Both the position numbers and the translations under genes were made by a program. This document shows positions 24,603 through 36,641 of a DNA stretch of 64,000 nucleotides, one piece after another. Location: contig CBFFRP010000064.1 in NCBI GenBank assembly GCA_965644295.1, positions 62,001 through 126,000 on the forward strand. Direction: 5' to 3'. Numbering within the stretch: position 1 is the stretch's first letter; each line of letters begins with the position of its first letter. Source of the DNA: Paraphysomonas bandaiensis. Its lineage: Eukaryota > Protista > Chrysophyceae. The notes beneath the pieces were generated by a model, which worked only from the letters and a program-made list of their open reading frames with translations, had not been told where the DNA came from and ran no database searches.

Positions 24603-25284
24603 TATGTATGTATGTATGTATGTATGTATGTATGTATGTATGTATGTATGTATGTATGTATGTATGTATGTATGTATGTATGTATGTATGTATGTATGTA
24701 TGTATGTATGTATGTATGTATGTATGTATGTATGTATGTATGTATGTATGTATGTATGTATGTATGTATGTATGTATGTATGTATGTATGTATGTATGTA
24801 TGTATGTATGTATGTATGTATGTATGTATGTATGTATGTATGTATGTATGTATGTATGTATGTATGTATGTATGTATGTATGTATGTATGTATGTATGTA
24901 TGTATGTATGTATGTATGTATGTATGTATGTATGTATGTATGTATGTATGTATGTATGTATGTATGTATGTATGTATGTATGTATGTATGTATGTATGTA
25001 TGTATATGTAGGTAGGTAGGTAGGTAGGTAGGTAGGTAGGTAGGTATGTATGTTTGTATGTACTGTAGGTATGTGTGTGTATGTATGCATGTACGAAGGT
25101 CGTGTATGTAGGTAGGTAGGTAGGTAGGTAGGTAGGTAGGTAGGTATGTATGTATGTATGTATGTTTGTATGTACTGTAGGTATGTGTGTGTATGTATGC
25201 ATGTACGAAGGTCGTGTATGTAGGTAGGTAGGTAGGTAGGTAGGTAGGTAGGTAGGTATGTATGTATGTATGTATGTTTGTATG
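24603..25284. repeat. (TATG)n microsatellite with (TAGG)n and higher-order duplicated units
   Basis: ~100 perfect TATG units (24603-25004), then TAGG runs and a duplicated unit containing catgtacgaaggtcgtg. Confidence 0.97.
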
Positions 25285-25356
25285 TACTGTTGTGTGTAGT
25301 GCTGTGTATGTATCTTGCGGGTGATCATTGTTGTGGTAGTCATAAACTGTTTTCCA

Positions 25357-26154
25357 ATGGCCCCTAAACTATACTACTTTGACATACCTGGAAAAGGCGA
25401 AGCTATTCGCTTGGCTTCTGTCTATGGCAATTACGAATTGGAGGATATAAGAATCAGTCGGGAGGAGTTCACTGCAATGAAAGCTGTGAGTGTATATATC
25501 ACATCTGTCTAATTGAGTAATTAGCAATTGATTTCAAGGCCGGAAAGCTTCCCTTTGGACAGGTTCCTGCACTAGAGATAGAGGACGGTGTCTTTCTATC
25601 TCAGAGTGCTGCTATCATGCGCTATATCGGTAAGAAGACTGGACTGTACCCCTCAGACGATGTCGCCGCAGCACTTGTAGATGCTGTTATCGATGAGGTG
25701 CGTACAATAACGTGTTGTTGATATGGCTTTAATCGAAACCAGGAAATCGATTTATTTGCTGGACTTGCTGTATCTGCTTACAAAGGTTCGACCAAGCTGC
25801 ACTTGCTTTTTATACCTAACATCATTTTCAGAGCGTTTCGGGTTTGGTTTTCTAAATGACGATAAAGCTCTCTTGCTCTCAGTTCGTGAGAAGCTGAACG
25901 TTGAAGTTATTCCTCGTCATCTAGGCTTCCTTGAGAACATTTTGTCAAAATCAAGTACAGGGTGGATCGCAAACACTGCTGAGCCCACAATTGCGGACTT
26001 TATTCTCGTGCCCAGATTAAAGTGGCTTACTAGTGGTGTCCTTGAAGGAATATCGACTGATATTTTGACTCCATTTCCTTGCCTTAGTGGGCTGATTAAT
26101 AAGCTGATGTCACTTCCTGCCATTACTGCCTACTATGATGCGAAACAGCGCTAG
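25357..26154 (+). CDS. Glutathione S-transferase (sigma-like), 4 exons
   Basis: MAPKLYYFDIPGKGEAIRL, KLPFGQVPAL, SQSAAIMRYIG and PTIADF motifs. Confidence 0.92.
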
Positions 26155-26393
26155 ATAACAGTATACACAAATCGTGTAATAATTAATGACGTTCTATACT
26201 CTATACATATAAATTAATTATTCCAACTTAAATGAACCTAATAGTGACATTAAAGTGGATTAGTATCTCTGCCTGCATTGTTTTCTTTTCCTTTCATGTA
26301 CAGCTAGGTAAGTTACCTTTTCCTTCCCTGCCCCGAAATGCTTTATACTAAATACTTAGAAGTGTTAAATACTTTGTCTTATAAAAACTCTGT

Positions 26394-26417
26394 CCCTAAC
26401 CCTAACCCTAACCCTAA
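26394..26417 (+). repeat. Interstitial telomere-like (CCCTAA)4
   Basis: Four exact CCCTAA units. Confidence 0.75.
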
Positions 26418-26641
26418 TTACCTAATACAAAAAATTATTTCTATTGCTTCTTCTGATAATAAGTCCTTTTCAAAGTAATACTACTAAGTTTTCAATTTCG
26501 TTATATATTCGTTGAAGAAGCATAATTATTTAGTGATATTGCCACCACAAGTCTTTAATATGCCAGTTCATGTTGCACACATGTCGAGTAGCGTAATATT
26601 TGAAACAAAACATATCATTTGAAACAGAAGCACTAATAATA

Positions 26642-28492
26642 CTACTGGGTTGTTGTAAAAATCGACAGCACTTTGCCATCCACAGAAACAGTCGAATAAA
26701 GCTGATCTTTGGAATCGACAACGGATATATTACTGAAGTATTCGGCCAAAGAGACAGTACTGACAAAGTTGTTAAAGTTGGAGTGTGTTGCGGCATTGCC
26801 AACTACGACAACCCATGCTTGTATGAGAGCATCAGCGAATAGACTATTAGTGCCTTCTATTGCAGTTGTATTATCAGAATTATACGTCATTGCTAGAGCA
26901 ATATAAGCCTCCTCTTCCCGGGCAGCAAACCAGATGCCATTGGTGATGGTTTCATCCCAGTTATTCTTTGGCCAGTGGAATATCACATTTGTATCTGTTC
27001 CCTGTTGGGCGGTGGCTAAGACTATAGTAGAGTCCGGATAAAACACTAGAAGAGCAGCATTGCTACTCTGATTGATATAAGGTAAAGCTGTATTAATACA
27101 ACTATCGGATATGGGTGGTAAAGAGTTGCCATAACCCACGGCACTCCATACAGCTACAGTGCCTGTTCCAGCAACCCACGGAACAGTCTGTACACCAGTA
27201 ACGCTGGGATGGAACATATCTAATGAATTAAGGGTAGTTGAAGAGTGTTTGTATATGGTCGCTGTGACCCCAGCATGCTCACGACCGACGAAAAAAGGAG
27301 CTTCTGCAGCTGCAGTATACAAGACTTCTTCATCCGATAGTCCCTCGTAGCGCTGGAATTCTAACAATTCTCGGTGGTCGTAGAGATCATAGCGGTCCAT
27401 TAATCCCTTAGATTGTAATGCATGCGATACCGAACAGCACTCTCCAGTAGACCAGAGAAATAAGACCTGTTCATCTTCCGTTAAGTCGTCATTCAATGTG
27501 TCGATCTGATCAATATGATGGCCGAGGTACAAATGCGTATCCACCACATTGTCCCAATAGGTGTACACATCAGATACATCAATAGAGGATGTAGCTAAAT
27601 GAACTGCACTACGAGAGGGTGATATATCTTCTGCGTTATTATAAACCCCAGTGAGGAGGTAAATCAATGTGTTGTAAGTGTGCCCACTAGATTCATAGAG
27701 AACTTTCCAGTAATCTCGCCCAGCGATGGAGAACGCTGCACCGCGGCTATTTGATACTAGCAGAAGATCTTTCAACAACCTCTGAACTGCAGATTTGGCT
27801 AAAGAGATAATCTCAGCGTCTTTTGCAAAGTCAACCAGATTTAGCAGAGCATTGAGTGTGTACGGTGTGTACACTTTAGAAAAGAATTCGTAATACCCGA
27901 ACTGAACTTTAAGCTCAAGCCAATGAGCCAGACGAGAACGCAATGTATCAGAGCTGTAGTTATGCCACCCGTAGAGTTCGTTACATAGCCAATGAGAAGA
28001 CATGAATAGAATGTTTTTGTTTTCTGACCAGTATGTAAGATCGTTTTCACCGACTGTCAGCCAAAAGCGATAATTCGACATAGCAGATTTAATTTGAGAC
28101 TCATGATTGGAAGTATTGAAATATAATATTCGAATTAAGTCAACAAGATGAAAATCTGAACCAGCTTCATTATTAGCTACTTGTGATATTTTATTTTGAA
28201 TGCTCTCTTCATTAACTGCCAGTCCTCTCGAAGCCTGCAGTATGATAACATTATTGTCATCTGGATATTGACTTAGACATGTGTCTATATAGCTCAAACT
28301 TCGAGCATTGAAAGTATCTTGCAATATTGTGGAAGCTTCAGATGCTTCAGATGCTTCAGATGATGTGTTGTACTTTACGTTAGTAACCTGGAAGCAGTTT
28401 CCGTTACGACCGAATGCATATGTCACTATGACAGATAATAATAAAACTTGGAATAAATGCAACACCGAGTGGAACATAATGAAACAATGCAA
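26642..28492 (-). CDS. Secreted 616 aa protein, bacterial-like (heparinase II/III-like architecture suspected); intronless
   Basis: Signal peptide MFHSVLHLFQVLLLSVIVTYAFG; YWSEN, GYYEFFSxxY, ALLNLVDFAKD and AGRDY motifs; helical N-half, beta-rich C-half. Confidence 0.65.
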   Translation of the reverse strand: MHCFIMFHSVLHLFQVLLLSVIVTYAFGRNGNCFQVTNVKYNTSSEASEASEASTILQDTFNARSLSYIDTCLSQYPDDNNVIILQASRGLAVNEESIQNKISQVANNEAGSDFHLVDLIRILYFNTSNHESQIKSAMSNYRFWLTVGENDLTYWSENKNILFMSSHWLCNELYGWHNYSSDTLRSRLAHWLELKVQFGYYEFFSKVYTPYTLNALLNLVDFAKDAEIISLAKSAVQRLLKDLLLVSNSRGAAFSIAGRDYWKVLYESSGHTYNTLIYLLTGVYNNAEDISPSRSAVHLATSSIDVSDVYTYWDNVVDTHLYLGHHIDQIDTLNDDLTEDEQVLFLWSTGECCSVSHALQSKGLMDRYDLYDHRELLEFQRYEGLSDEEVLYTAAAEAPFFVGREHAGVTATIYKHSSTTLNSLDMFHPSVTGVQTVPWVAGTGTVAVWSAVGYGNSLPPISDSCINTALPYINQSSNAALLVFYPDSTIVLATAQQGTDTNVIFHWPKNNWDETITNGIWFAAREEEAYIALAMTYNSDNTTAIEGTNSLFADALIQAWVVVVGNAATHSNFNNFVSTVSLAEYFSNISVVDSKDQLYSTVSVDGKVLSIFTTTQ

Positions 28493-28690
28493 TCAGTGGT
28501 GTGTTGATGACTTCATTGTGTCTCCTTGACCACTAGGAGCTCTTCTATATAGGTGCTATATAGCCATATAGAGATACCGCCCCATAAAACATGCATAAGC
28601 AGCCCTGATGTGGTAGTGGAAACAAATCATTGGTACGTATTTACTGTTTCGTAGATATGATTGGCTATTATATGACTTCTTTCTTATTTT

Positions 28691-28830
28691 CGTATCGTTT
28701 TTATTTCGGAAATATATTGAAGCAAAAATCCTCTATATTACTGCAATACAACTACGGCTGTAATACAGCTAATTGTTGTCTCAATATATGAGGCATTTTG
28801 GAACAAAAATATACAAAGGATGCGGATATG
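28691..28830 (-). mobile_element. ~140 bp structured MITE-like element, copy 3
   Basis: Reverse complement of the conserved core. Confidence 0.9.
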
Positions 28831-30133
28831 ATATGCATATATATACACACACACTGTTCCACGGACTGTTTATCTACACCCTCGAGATGGACAGTCAGAG
28901 GGACTTCATTGATATCTGTAGAAGGCTCTGTGCTTGGGTATAGTGAGTGCTTGGTGTATAGTGTACATTACTGTGATTACTCGTATCACTGCTGTATGCT
29001 GTAGGTTGTCTGATATATTCAGATTAGACATGAGGTACAGTGATCAATAGAGTCAGAACTACATGGGAATATTTATTATGAATTGTGGGGTGATTCCAGT
29101 ATGGAATAAATATCTTCGAGAAGCTATCGGGTGGAGTAGGAATCGATGAACGTGAATCATTTGATAATTTAATGTGATCATTTCATCGTATTAAATTACC
29201 AAATTATGCCCATCGAAAATACTTTTAAGATTAAATTTCCCCTCGATATTGTGTCTGCTGCAGTGGTAGTAAGTTCACACTGTATGCATCGAGTGAAAAT
29301 TGTATAGATGTGTAGATAGTCAACGATAATATACTTCGACGGTTTAGAATCACGACATATATTTGAAGTATTTGAGATCGTACTAATCGATATATATAGT
29401 GCAAATATTTATTTCCTGCAGAAGCAAGTTGGCGTACTTGGGTACTCTAACATGGTTAATTCTAGGTCAACACCTTTTCTAGCTGGTTTACACTTTTTCA
29501 GTGCTATGTGGAAGATCATAGAGGCCACTTCTTGCAAAAGTATTCATTAGTCCAAAGCACAGTCGTTATATTATTCAAACCCTAGTCAAAGTAATAAATA
29601 ATTCAATACCTGCATTCATTAATTGTTTTTTTGATGGCTACTCAAATACCATAAACACCTAGTCATCATTGTAATCTGAAAATTTGAATGATTTAATGAC
29701 TAAATTTTCAACCCCTTGACTAGGTTTTCCATAATTTTGGTGTGACCAAATTGACTAGGTCCAATAATATATCCCGAAATGATAACTAGAATTGATATTA
29801 ATAATAGAGTATCTCAAATCCAATCATCTTAATCTGTGTACATGATTACCAGTGTACCGTTTCATCTCAATACATACAGCTCTACAGCCGTATTATAGAC
29901 TAAAGCCACTGTCCACTATGTAAACATACTTCTGATACTAATAGCTAATAGATCGAGGTAACACCCATACATAGCAGGAGTAAAAGCAGCAATATCTGCC
30001 AAGAAGAATATGTCAACACCACTCTCTATAGTATAACCAACAAATCGTACATGCTATCAAAAATATATGAGACCCTATATTGAGGTTCACTACGACTCAC
30101 GGATGTGATGAACGAAGAAACCTAATTTCTATT

Positions 30134-30964
30134 TCAGCTGATTGCTCGGTTATACTTCATGAAGTTACGAACTTTTTCTTCTGTTGACTGAACTTCGTTG
30201 GAAGGAAGTAGTTCCGCGATTACGGCTGTTAGGACATCAGGGGGAAGAACGATGTTCTTAAATACCCCAGAAAAGCCTGTCTGGTTCTCTGGTTGGGTGT
30301 CAAGCCAGTTAACAGACGGACTCTCACTAGGAGTGAAGTATAGACGTTTTACAGTGGATTCATTCCCACTATCATCAATGCAAGAACTGGCCTCCGGATC
30401 TGTATCTTCACTCAACGACAAGATTCCCTTAATGCTCTTGCGAGACATATACAAGGAATACAATCGCAGGGCGTTACAAGCAAAGAACACATTAGGGCCT
30501 GGTAACACTGTTGCTAGCATTGTTATCGGCACAAGAGCAATGTAACCTGCCATATATAGGGTGTTCTTGTAGTGCAATCTAGTTAACTTCCGCTTGAACT
30601 CTGTCCTGACAACATCCACAGACTCGCTACTAGGGCATATAATTTCCAAATCCGTTTTCCCCACCGTGTCGGACATCTCAACCATTACCATCTCATGTGG
30701 ATCAATTTGAGCCTTTGCCCTCTGTACATATGAGTAGAATACACCGCGCATAGACGAGGGCGAGGAGTCCCTACACTCCTCCCACTCAGACATTACTCGA
30801 TTCTTTACCTCTGTATATTTGTCTTGCCAATATGAGTTTCCTGCTACGATATCTTCATTGGAATGACGGATACATACAGGCTGATCGACTACAAAATATG
30901 CATAACGATTGTATTTTAGTTGTTTAACTATAGGGAGCATACACAGACGCAGGGGCTTGTTCAT
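30134..30964 (-). CDS. Mitochondrial K+/H+ exchange-related (Mit_KHE1-like) protein
   Basis: Likely start MNKPLRLCMLP; hydrophobic segment followed by LPGPNVFF..LRLYS family motif. Confidence 0.7.
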   Translation of the reverse strand: MNKPLRLCMLPIVKQLKYNRYAYFVVDQPVCIRHSNEDIVAGNSYWQDKYTEVKNRVMSEWEECRDSSPSSMRGVFYSYVQRAKAQIDPHEMVMVEMSDTVGKTDLEIICPSSESVDVVRTEFKRKLTRLHYKNTLYMAGYIALVPITMLATVLPGPNVFFACNALRLYSLYMSRKSIKGILSLSEDTDPEASSCIDDSGNESTVKRLYFTPSESPSVNWLDTQPENQTGFSGVFKNIVLPPDVLTAVIAELLPSNEVQSTEEKVRNFMKYNRAIS

Positions 30965-33174
30965 TGGGAGGATGTAGTGTATAGAATATGTAGAGGAGGG
31001 GGTTAGATCATAGGGGAGTGGAGAGGGAGGGGAATGGCTGTGTGTATGGTGGTTAAGCGTAAGATGATGATGGGACTCATATGAGAATAGAATCACGAAT
31101 ACATCATACATAGCTATACACATACTCCGTACTGCTATATACATACAGCAGTACTGCGTTCTCTACATGCATGCATACATTGACATACTGCTGTACTGCT
31201 GTACTATACATTGTACCTATGTACATACTGTTGTACTGGCTGAAAACTTTGTGGTATACATATACTGCTGTACACAACTCTCGTACAGCAGTACACTCAT
31301 GCAGTAGGACACCCTAGACAATACCATATAAGTACATACCATATAAGTACATGCCATATAAGTACATACCACTCTATAGATATGCATATAAGTTAAGTTG
31401 TCGCTTACTCATCATGCAGCAGCCATACACTCCAACCTCATATCACGAAGCACAGACTATACTGTCTATAGGAGCCTATAAGTAACCTCGCTCTCTCTCT
31501 CTCTATCTCAATATATACAGCAGTATGCATACATAAACCTATGGACACATACATACATACATACATGCATACATATGCATAACATACAGATCTCTTCTAT
31601 AGTGTTGAGATATGAGAGTGAAGCAGAGCGGTTCATATCAGTGTAACCTCTGATTATAAGCAGTAGACTACAGCATCTCATCGTATCATACATATGAGGA
31701 CACTAACGGGACCACACAGCACAGAGGCTCATACATATACAGAGTCCTGAATACTATAGTATCCTGATCCACTCCACACTATGATGCAACAGACACATCC
31801 GTGACCGTCACGTTTATTTGAAGCTTTGGGTGTTTATGGAGCTAATGTATGACGCGCCAGGCCAGTGTTGCTTGTGCCACGAACACGCATGATGGCAAAG
31901 CATCGTTCAACTGACTCTCTAATAACGAGACAAACGTAAAACTTATAGTAGAGAAAGCTGTAGTCCTAAGGTGTTTGAATAGTGACCGTTACATACATGA
32001 CTAATATAGCATTACTGAGCTGTTGAGATGATAGGAATAGTAGTAGTGAAACTGAAATATATAGACTGCATAAGATCATATGAAAACATTGGTAGTTGAG
32101 AGAACATGAATTTGGCGAATGCTAATGAATAATAAATGGGATCGGTAATAATAAGTATTTAACAAATTAAATAAAGCATAATATTGTCAATTTCTGATAA
32201 AATATTAAATTATACTCTAAATTCCGCAGTATTGATTATTGAATTATGTTAGGAGAGATACAGTACAATTGTGATGTTGTGGCCCTGGTGTCCAACTATT
32301 TTCTTTTTTCCATTTACGTGTTCTCTGCTCCTGGCTAAGGCAGAAAAAGAGCAAATTCCGATTATTCTCCACGGTTGTTCAAAACGTTTTGCAACACCTT
32401 CATCCACATACCTCAGAGCTACTGGGCACAATGCCTTAAAGAAGGCCACCAGATCTCCGAACTCAGAAGGGTATATTTCTGCTTCCCCTACTGCCTCAGA
32501 TAAGGAAGTCCCCAATGAAAATTCATAAAATGTATGTGTAGTCTGAAGCGTTCCGGTGTGGCAGTAGTAGACTTAGATCACTGCTTTCTCTTGTCATACT
32601 GTATGTTGTTCAACGTCTCCTATATACACATCTATGAATATAGCAAGAATGGTTGTACCTTGGTGCTCAAGTAGTTCTCGTCAGGGCCAGGTAAAAATAT
32701 ATTGGATTGCAATATATAGCATTATAAATATTGCAATTATTTATTTTGCTTGCTACAATATATTGATTATTATTATTTAAGCAAAATTTGGCCTCCAAAT
32801 GTATTGCAAAGTATTGATATATATTGCTCATGCTTGTGTGTCTTAGAAATATATTTGATTGACCATAAATTACTCTTCATATTCACATATAACTCATCTA
32901 TTATTATAACATCGAACAATTCTAATACATACCTGCAACGAAGAGCGCTATTCATTTGTACTGTCTCTCTGTCAAGCTATTCACCAAATAGTAAACTCCA
33001 AACTGCTTAAATTGATGCTGTCATTCTCATACAAGTATGTTTTTTTTGTGACCTCTAATAGAGCGCCAGTCTAAACAGTCAATGAGCAAGTGCCAGTAAA
33101 ATGATCGCCATATCCGTCCAAGGTCCAAGCTATAATACTAAACTATCACTGAACAGTATATGGTCCAAACTATT

Positions 33175-33272
33175 CGTAGTGTTAAATAGTAGGATATCAG
33201 AGTTCTCACTAGTTAGTAAATGGTAGATACTTCTCCCGCTTGACTTGTTTATTCATCTAGCTACTAATCTGG
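33175..33272 (+). repeat. Dispersed repeat fragment (block Y), inverted relative to 54955-55096 and 60775-60893
   Basis: cgtagtgttaaatagtaggata...attcatctagctactaatctgg. Confidence 0.65.
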
Positions 33273-33702
33273 TTCTGACACTTGAACGCCTATATTGCAA
33301 ATAAACAGACAATTACTATAACTTCAACAAGGTACAAGTACCAAGTACGTAGGAGTTGGTTGTAGTTTAATATACAATATATGCAATGAAGTCTAGATAT
33401 ATCACAATCATTGTAGCAATATAAAAGTAGAAAGAACGTTACTTTAAACTGATATCCCATGTTGTGATGTTAAAAAAATAATTTAATTACGAGATAACAG
33501 TTCATAATGAGTATGTAATATATAGCTAACTGTTAGTACATTTCAGCATGGGCGATATATAGTTTTCCTATCCGAATCCATTTCAACTCTACTACACTCC
33601 ACAAAATAGCGCGCCTACATGGATACTATCGTACATGAAACGGCTTAATGCGTTTCCATGTTCCAACCAACATTGCAAACACAACCCTCACGCGCAATTA
33701 CA

Positions 33703-35619
33703 TTACAGATATTTTGTAACATTTTTCAAAATTTTCTCTGGAAGACGTGAGAGTATTGCTCCTACATCGTGCGTTGGAGATCTCTCTCGAATTAAAAATA
33801 CATGCTTACGCTGTTCCCACCTCAATTCTCGTAAGGCCACAGGGTGTAAATCAGGAGCAGCCTCTAAGAGCACACGAGATACCATACTTCGTTGTGTTGA
33901 AGTAAAGCCAGTCTTAATCACCCATTCCTCATAGGGATTGAGTTCGATATTCTTAGTTCCCCGAACGGCTGCAGGGTCAGCTCTGACAATTGCGGAGAGT
34001 ATTTTAAGTTGTGATGAAAAGTGAGACTTACGGCGCCAAAAGTTACGAGCAGTCATAAGGTATCCCAGCGGAAAAGGAGGCCCATCGTACGCTTCCAGAA
34101 GAATATCCAACTTTTCAAAATATACGGATGAGTCGTCAATCTCGGAGTTCAATGCGAAGGCGAAGCATGCTTCATAATTTATCGGTATATCTGAAACCCG
34201 CGACGCTTTAATAATATGCTTTAAAATATCTACATGTCCGAACTGGGCTGCAAGACATATAGGAGTATAGCATACAGGAGCATTGACGCCAGCTACAGAA
34301 GATATGGCTTCCGGTGCCAGTTCTAGAATGAAAAGGAAGTTAGGGTACGCCGATTCTGAGTCCTGACTGCAGCATGTGTGATGTAATGGCAACCACCCGT
34401 AGTTACATCGGACACTCGCCCACGCTTTATCAACTTTCGTTATATTCGAACGAAGGAAGTTTTTATCTGCATGTGCAAGGTGGTGTAACGCAGTACGCCC
34501 TTGAGCGTCTCGAAGATACCATATGCTGCCATCTCCCCCCAAATCTTTATATTTCTCTTCCATGTACTTCAAAACGTCAGCTCGCGAGTTCCGAATCGCG
34601 AAATGATATGGATAAGATCCCCATGCGGCGAATGGTGCACCGTCTCCAGAGTCAAAATCTTCGGAGTCTCCGCAAGGAAGTGTAATTGCCTCTGGGTATA
34701 TATCACCGATGAGCTGAATGACAGAAAGCGAGAGGTTTTCTCTGCATGCCATATGAAGTGGATAGAACCCCTCATGCGAGGGTAAACGCACACTGGAAGG
34801 AGAAGAGGCAATAAGAGTTTGCAAAAAGCCCTCCGACCGATGACTAGGAGCTACATGAGCCTCTGCACAATAACACTCTTCGCAATCACATTTAGAGGGG
34901 TTCTCTGTTCTGTGAGCGAGGGCTAAGTGGATGGGGTGGTCTCCGCACTGATCTGCCATTTCGCCACCGTTTTGATTAGCTAAGAGCAGCAAAGTACTGA
35001 CCTCCTCACACCGGTTGAAGTACACAGAAAGATGAATAGGAAGGCGAAATCCAACGTTATTAACAACCCCAGTGGTACCGAGGATTCCACTTCTGTCAGT
35101 TGCCACCATCGCACCACGACTATACTCATCTAGAAGAAGAGAAACTACACCTGCATCGGTGTTTCCCGCAGCCGCATAATGCAATGGTAGCGCTCCCTCT
35201 TCATTAGTAACATAAATTCCCTCTGGGTATACTAGCAAAAGACAAGTCACACATTCCAATGAACCGTCAAAGGCGGCGTTGTGTAGTGGTATGTTTCCAT
35301 GGCGATCAGGAATTTGACAGGCCTTCGGAAAAGAATTCACTAATAGCCTGATAACTCGCATGTCACAGTGATTTTGAACAGCCATTTGAAGAGGAGTACT
35401 CTTTAATTTCGAATCTTGTTTTGCGAATAAAGATGGATGAGACCGTACTGCTCTAGCGATATCGTGATATTTGCCTTTAGATAACAGTACACTCATATCT
35501 AGTTTACGTTCATTGGATTTTATGTTGCCATTATTTGTATTGTCGTCATGAGAAGACATGCAGAAATCCACACGCTTTGCATGAGTGATACAGTCGTCTG
35601 TTTCTTCTGGAGAATGCAT
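33703..35619 (-). CDS. Ankyrin-repeat protein with C-terminal F-box-like motif; intronless
   Basis: Repeated TPLQMA/PLHNAA/LPLHYAA/TALHHLA/LPLHH ankyrin motifs; ends LSRLPEKILKNVTKYL*. Confidence 0.85.
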   Translation of the reverse strand: MHSPEETDDCITHAKRVDFCMSSHDDNTNNGNIKSNERKLDMSVLLSKGKYHDIARAVRSHPSLFAKQDSKLKSTPLQMAVQNHCDMRVIRLLVNSFPKACQIPDRHGNIPLHNAAFDGSLECVTCLLLVYPEGIYVTNEEGALPLHYAAAGNTDAGVVSLLLDEYSRGAMVATDRSGILGTTGVVNNVGFRLPIHLSVYFNRCEEVSTLLLLANQNGGEMADQCGDHPIHLALAHRTENPSKCDCEECYCAEAHVAPSHRSEGFLQTLIASSPSSVRLPSHEGFYPLHMACRENLSLSVIQLIGDIYPEAITLPCGDSEDFDSGDGAPFAAWGSYPYHFAIRNSRADVLKYMEEKYKDLGGDGSIWYLRDAQGRTALHHLAHADKNFLRSNITKVDKAWASVRCNYGWLPLHHTCCSQDSESAYPNFLFILELAPEAISSVAGVNAPVCYTPICLAAQFGHVDILKHIIKASRVSDIPINYEACFAFALNSEIDDSSVYFEKLDILLEAYDGPPFPLGYLMTARNFWRRKSHFSSQLKILSAIVRADPAAVRGTKNIELNPYEEWVIKTGFTSTQRSMVSRVLLEAAPDLHPVALRELRWEQRKHVFLIRERSPTHDVGAILSRLPEKILKNVTKYL

Positions 35620-36345
35620 ATATATATAGTTCTATATAGGTATGTATAGCTACTGTATGGTATGGTAATACGAGATACAGAGGCTACAAGGCTGCGATAC
35701 AGCTACCTTATGAACACTCTCTACACACCACTGATTGTGGCTGAATAATATCCTAATAATTACTTGTAATAACTCGATTATGTTATGGGATAGACCTGCA
35801 GTGGTGTAATTATGTATATATGGAGAGATTGTACTGGAGGTGCAGCAGTCCAAGCCACACTCACCACTACTTGGCGAAACTATAAAAATTTGTCTATATT
35901 TTAGATCGGACAAAATTACGTTAGGAATAAAATTGAATGTAGAAAACAATAATGAAAGGAGAAATTGTAAAAATGTGAATATAAAATAAAAAATTGGACA
36001 ATTGAAAATGGAAATTTCTTGGTCCACACAATGCCCCGGTGTTCTGTTCGACGGTTTTGGGGGATCTAGAAATCCGATTGTAGAGATGCATATCTCCAAA
36101 AAACACTAGCTTTTTAGATTTTAGTTGCGAAAGATCTTCTAAAACTCCGTATTTTTTGTGGTGTATGATGGTAAATGCAAATGACGATCATGCTGTTGCA
36201 ATTATATCGTAGTGTACTGCTGCATGGTACCCCTATACTGGTACAGCAGTATCATGCTAATGGAGTACATTACATTCCTATAGGAATATACATACAACTG
36301 TCTACGAGTAGATCCATATACACATACACCGCACACATACATACA

Positions 36346-36483
36346 CGTATCGGCATCCTTTGTATATTTTTGTTCAAAGATGCCTCGAATATTGAGACAA
36401 CAATTATCTGTATTCCAGCTGTAGTTGTATCACAGTAATATAGAGAATATTTACTTCAATTTATTCCCGAAAAATAAGATGCT
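36346..36483 (+). mobile_element. ~140 bp structured MITE-like element, copy 4
   Basis: cgtatcggcatcctttg...aagatgc. Confidence 0.9.
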
Positions 36484-36641
36484 ACACATACAGTACCTGC
36501 CTTCATATATATAAGATAGCCACTGATCTAACACATATACAGGTCCATTAACCCCCCTCCCCTCCTCCCCCCCCTTTACAGCATCACTCATATACCTCAT
36601 ACACACCACATCACGCTATCAAACACTCAACATCACTAGCA

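Noticed and set aside
24585-25343. ORFs with YIHT/MYVC repeats
   Set aside because: Translation artefacts of the TATG microsatellite
31322-31371. 15-bp tandem repeat ccatataagtacat(a/g) x3
   Set aside because: Simple minisatellite with no spacers and no evident function
32249-32620. Minus-strand coding-like fragment, possibly integrase-related
   Set aside because: Motifs too degenerate to assign
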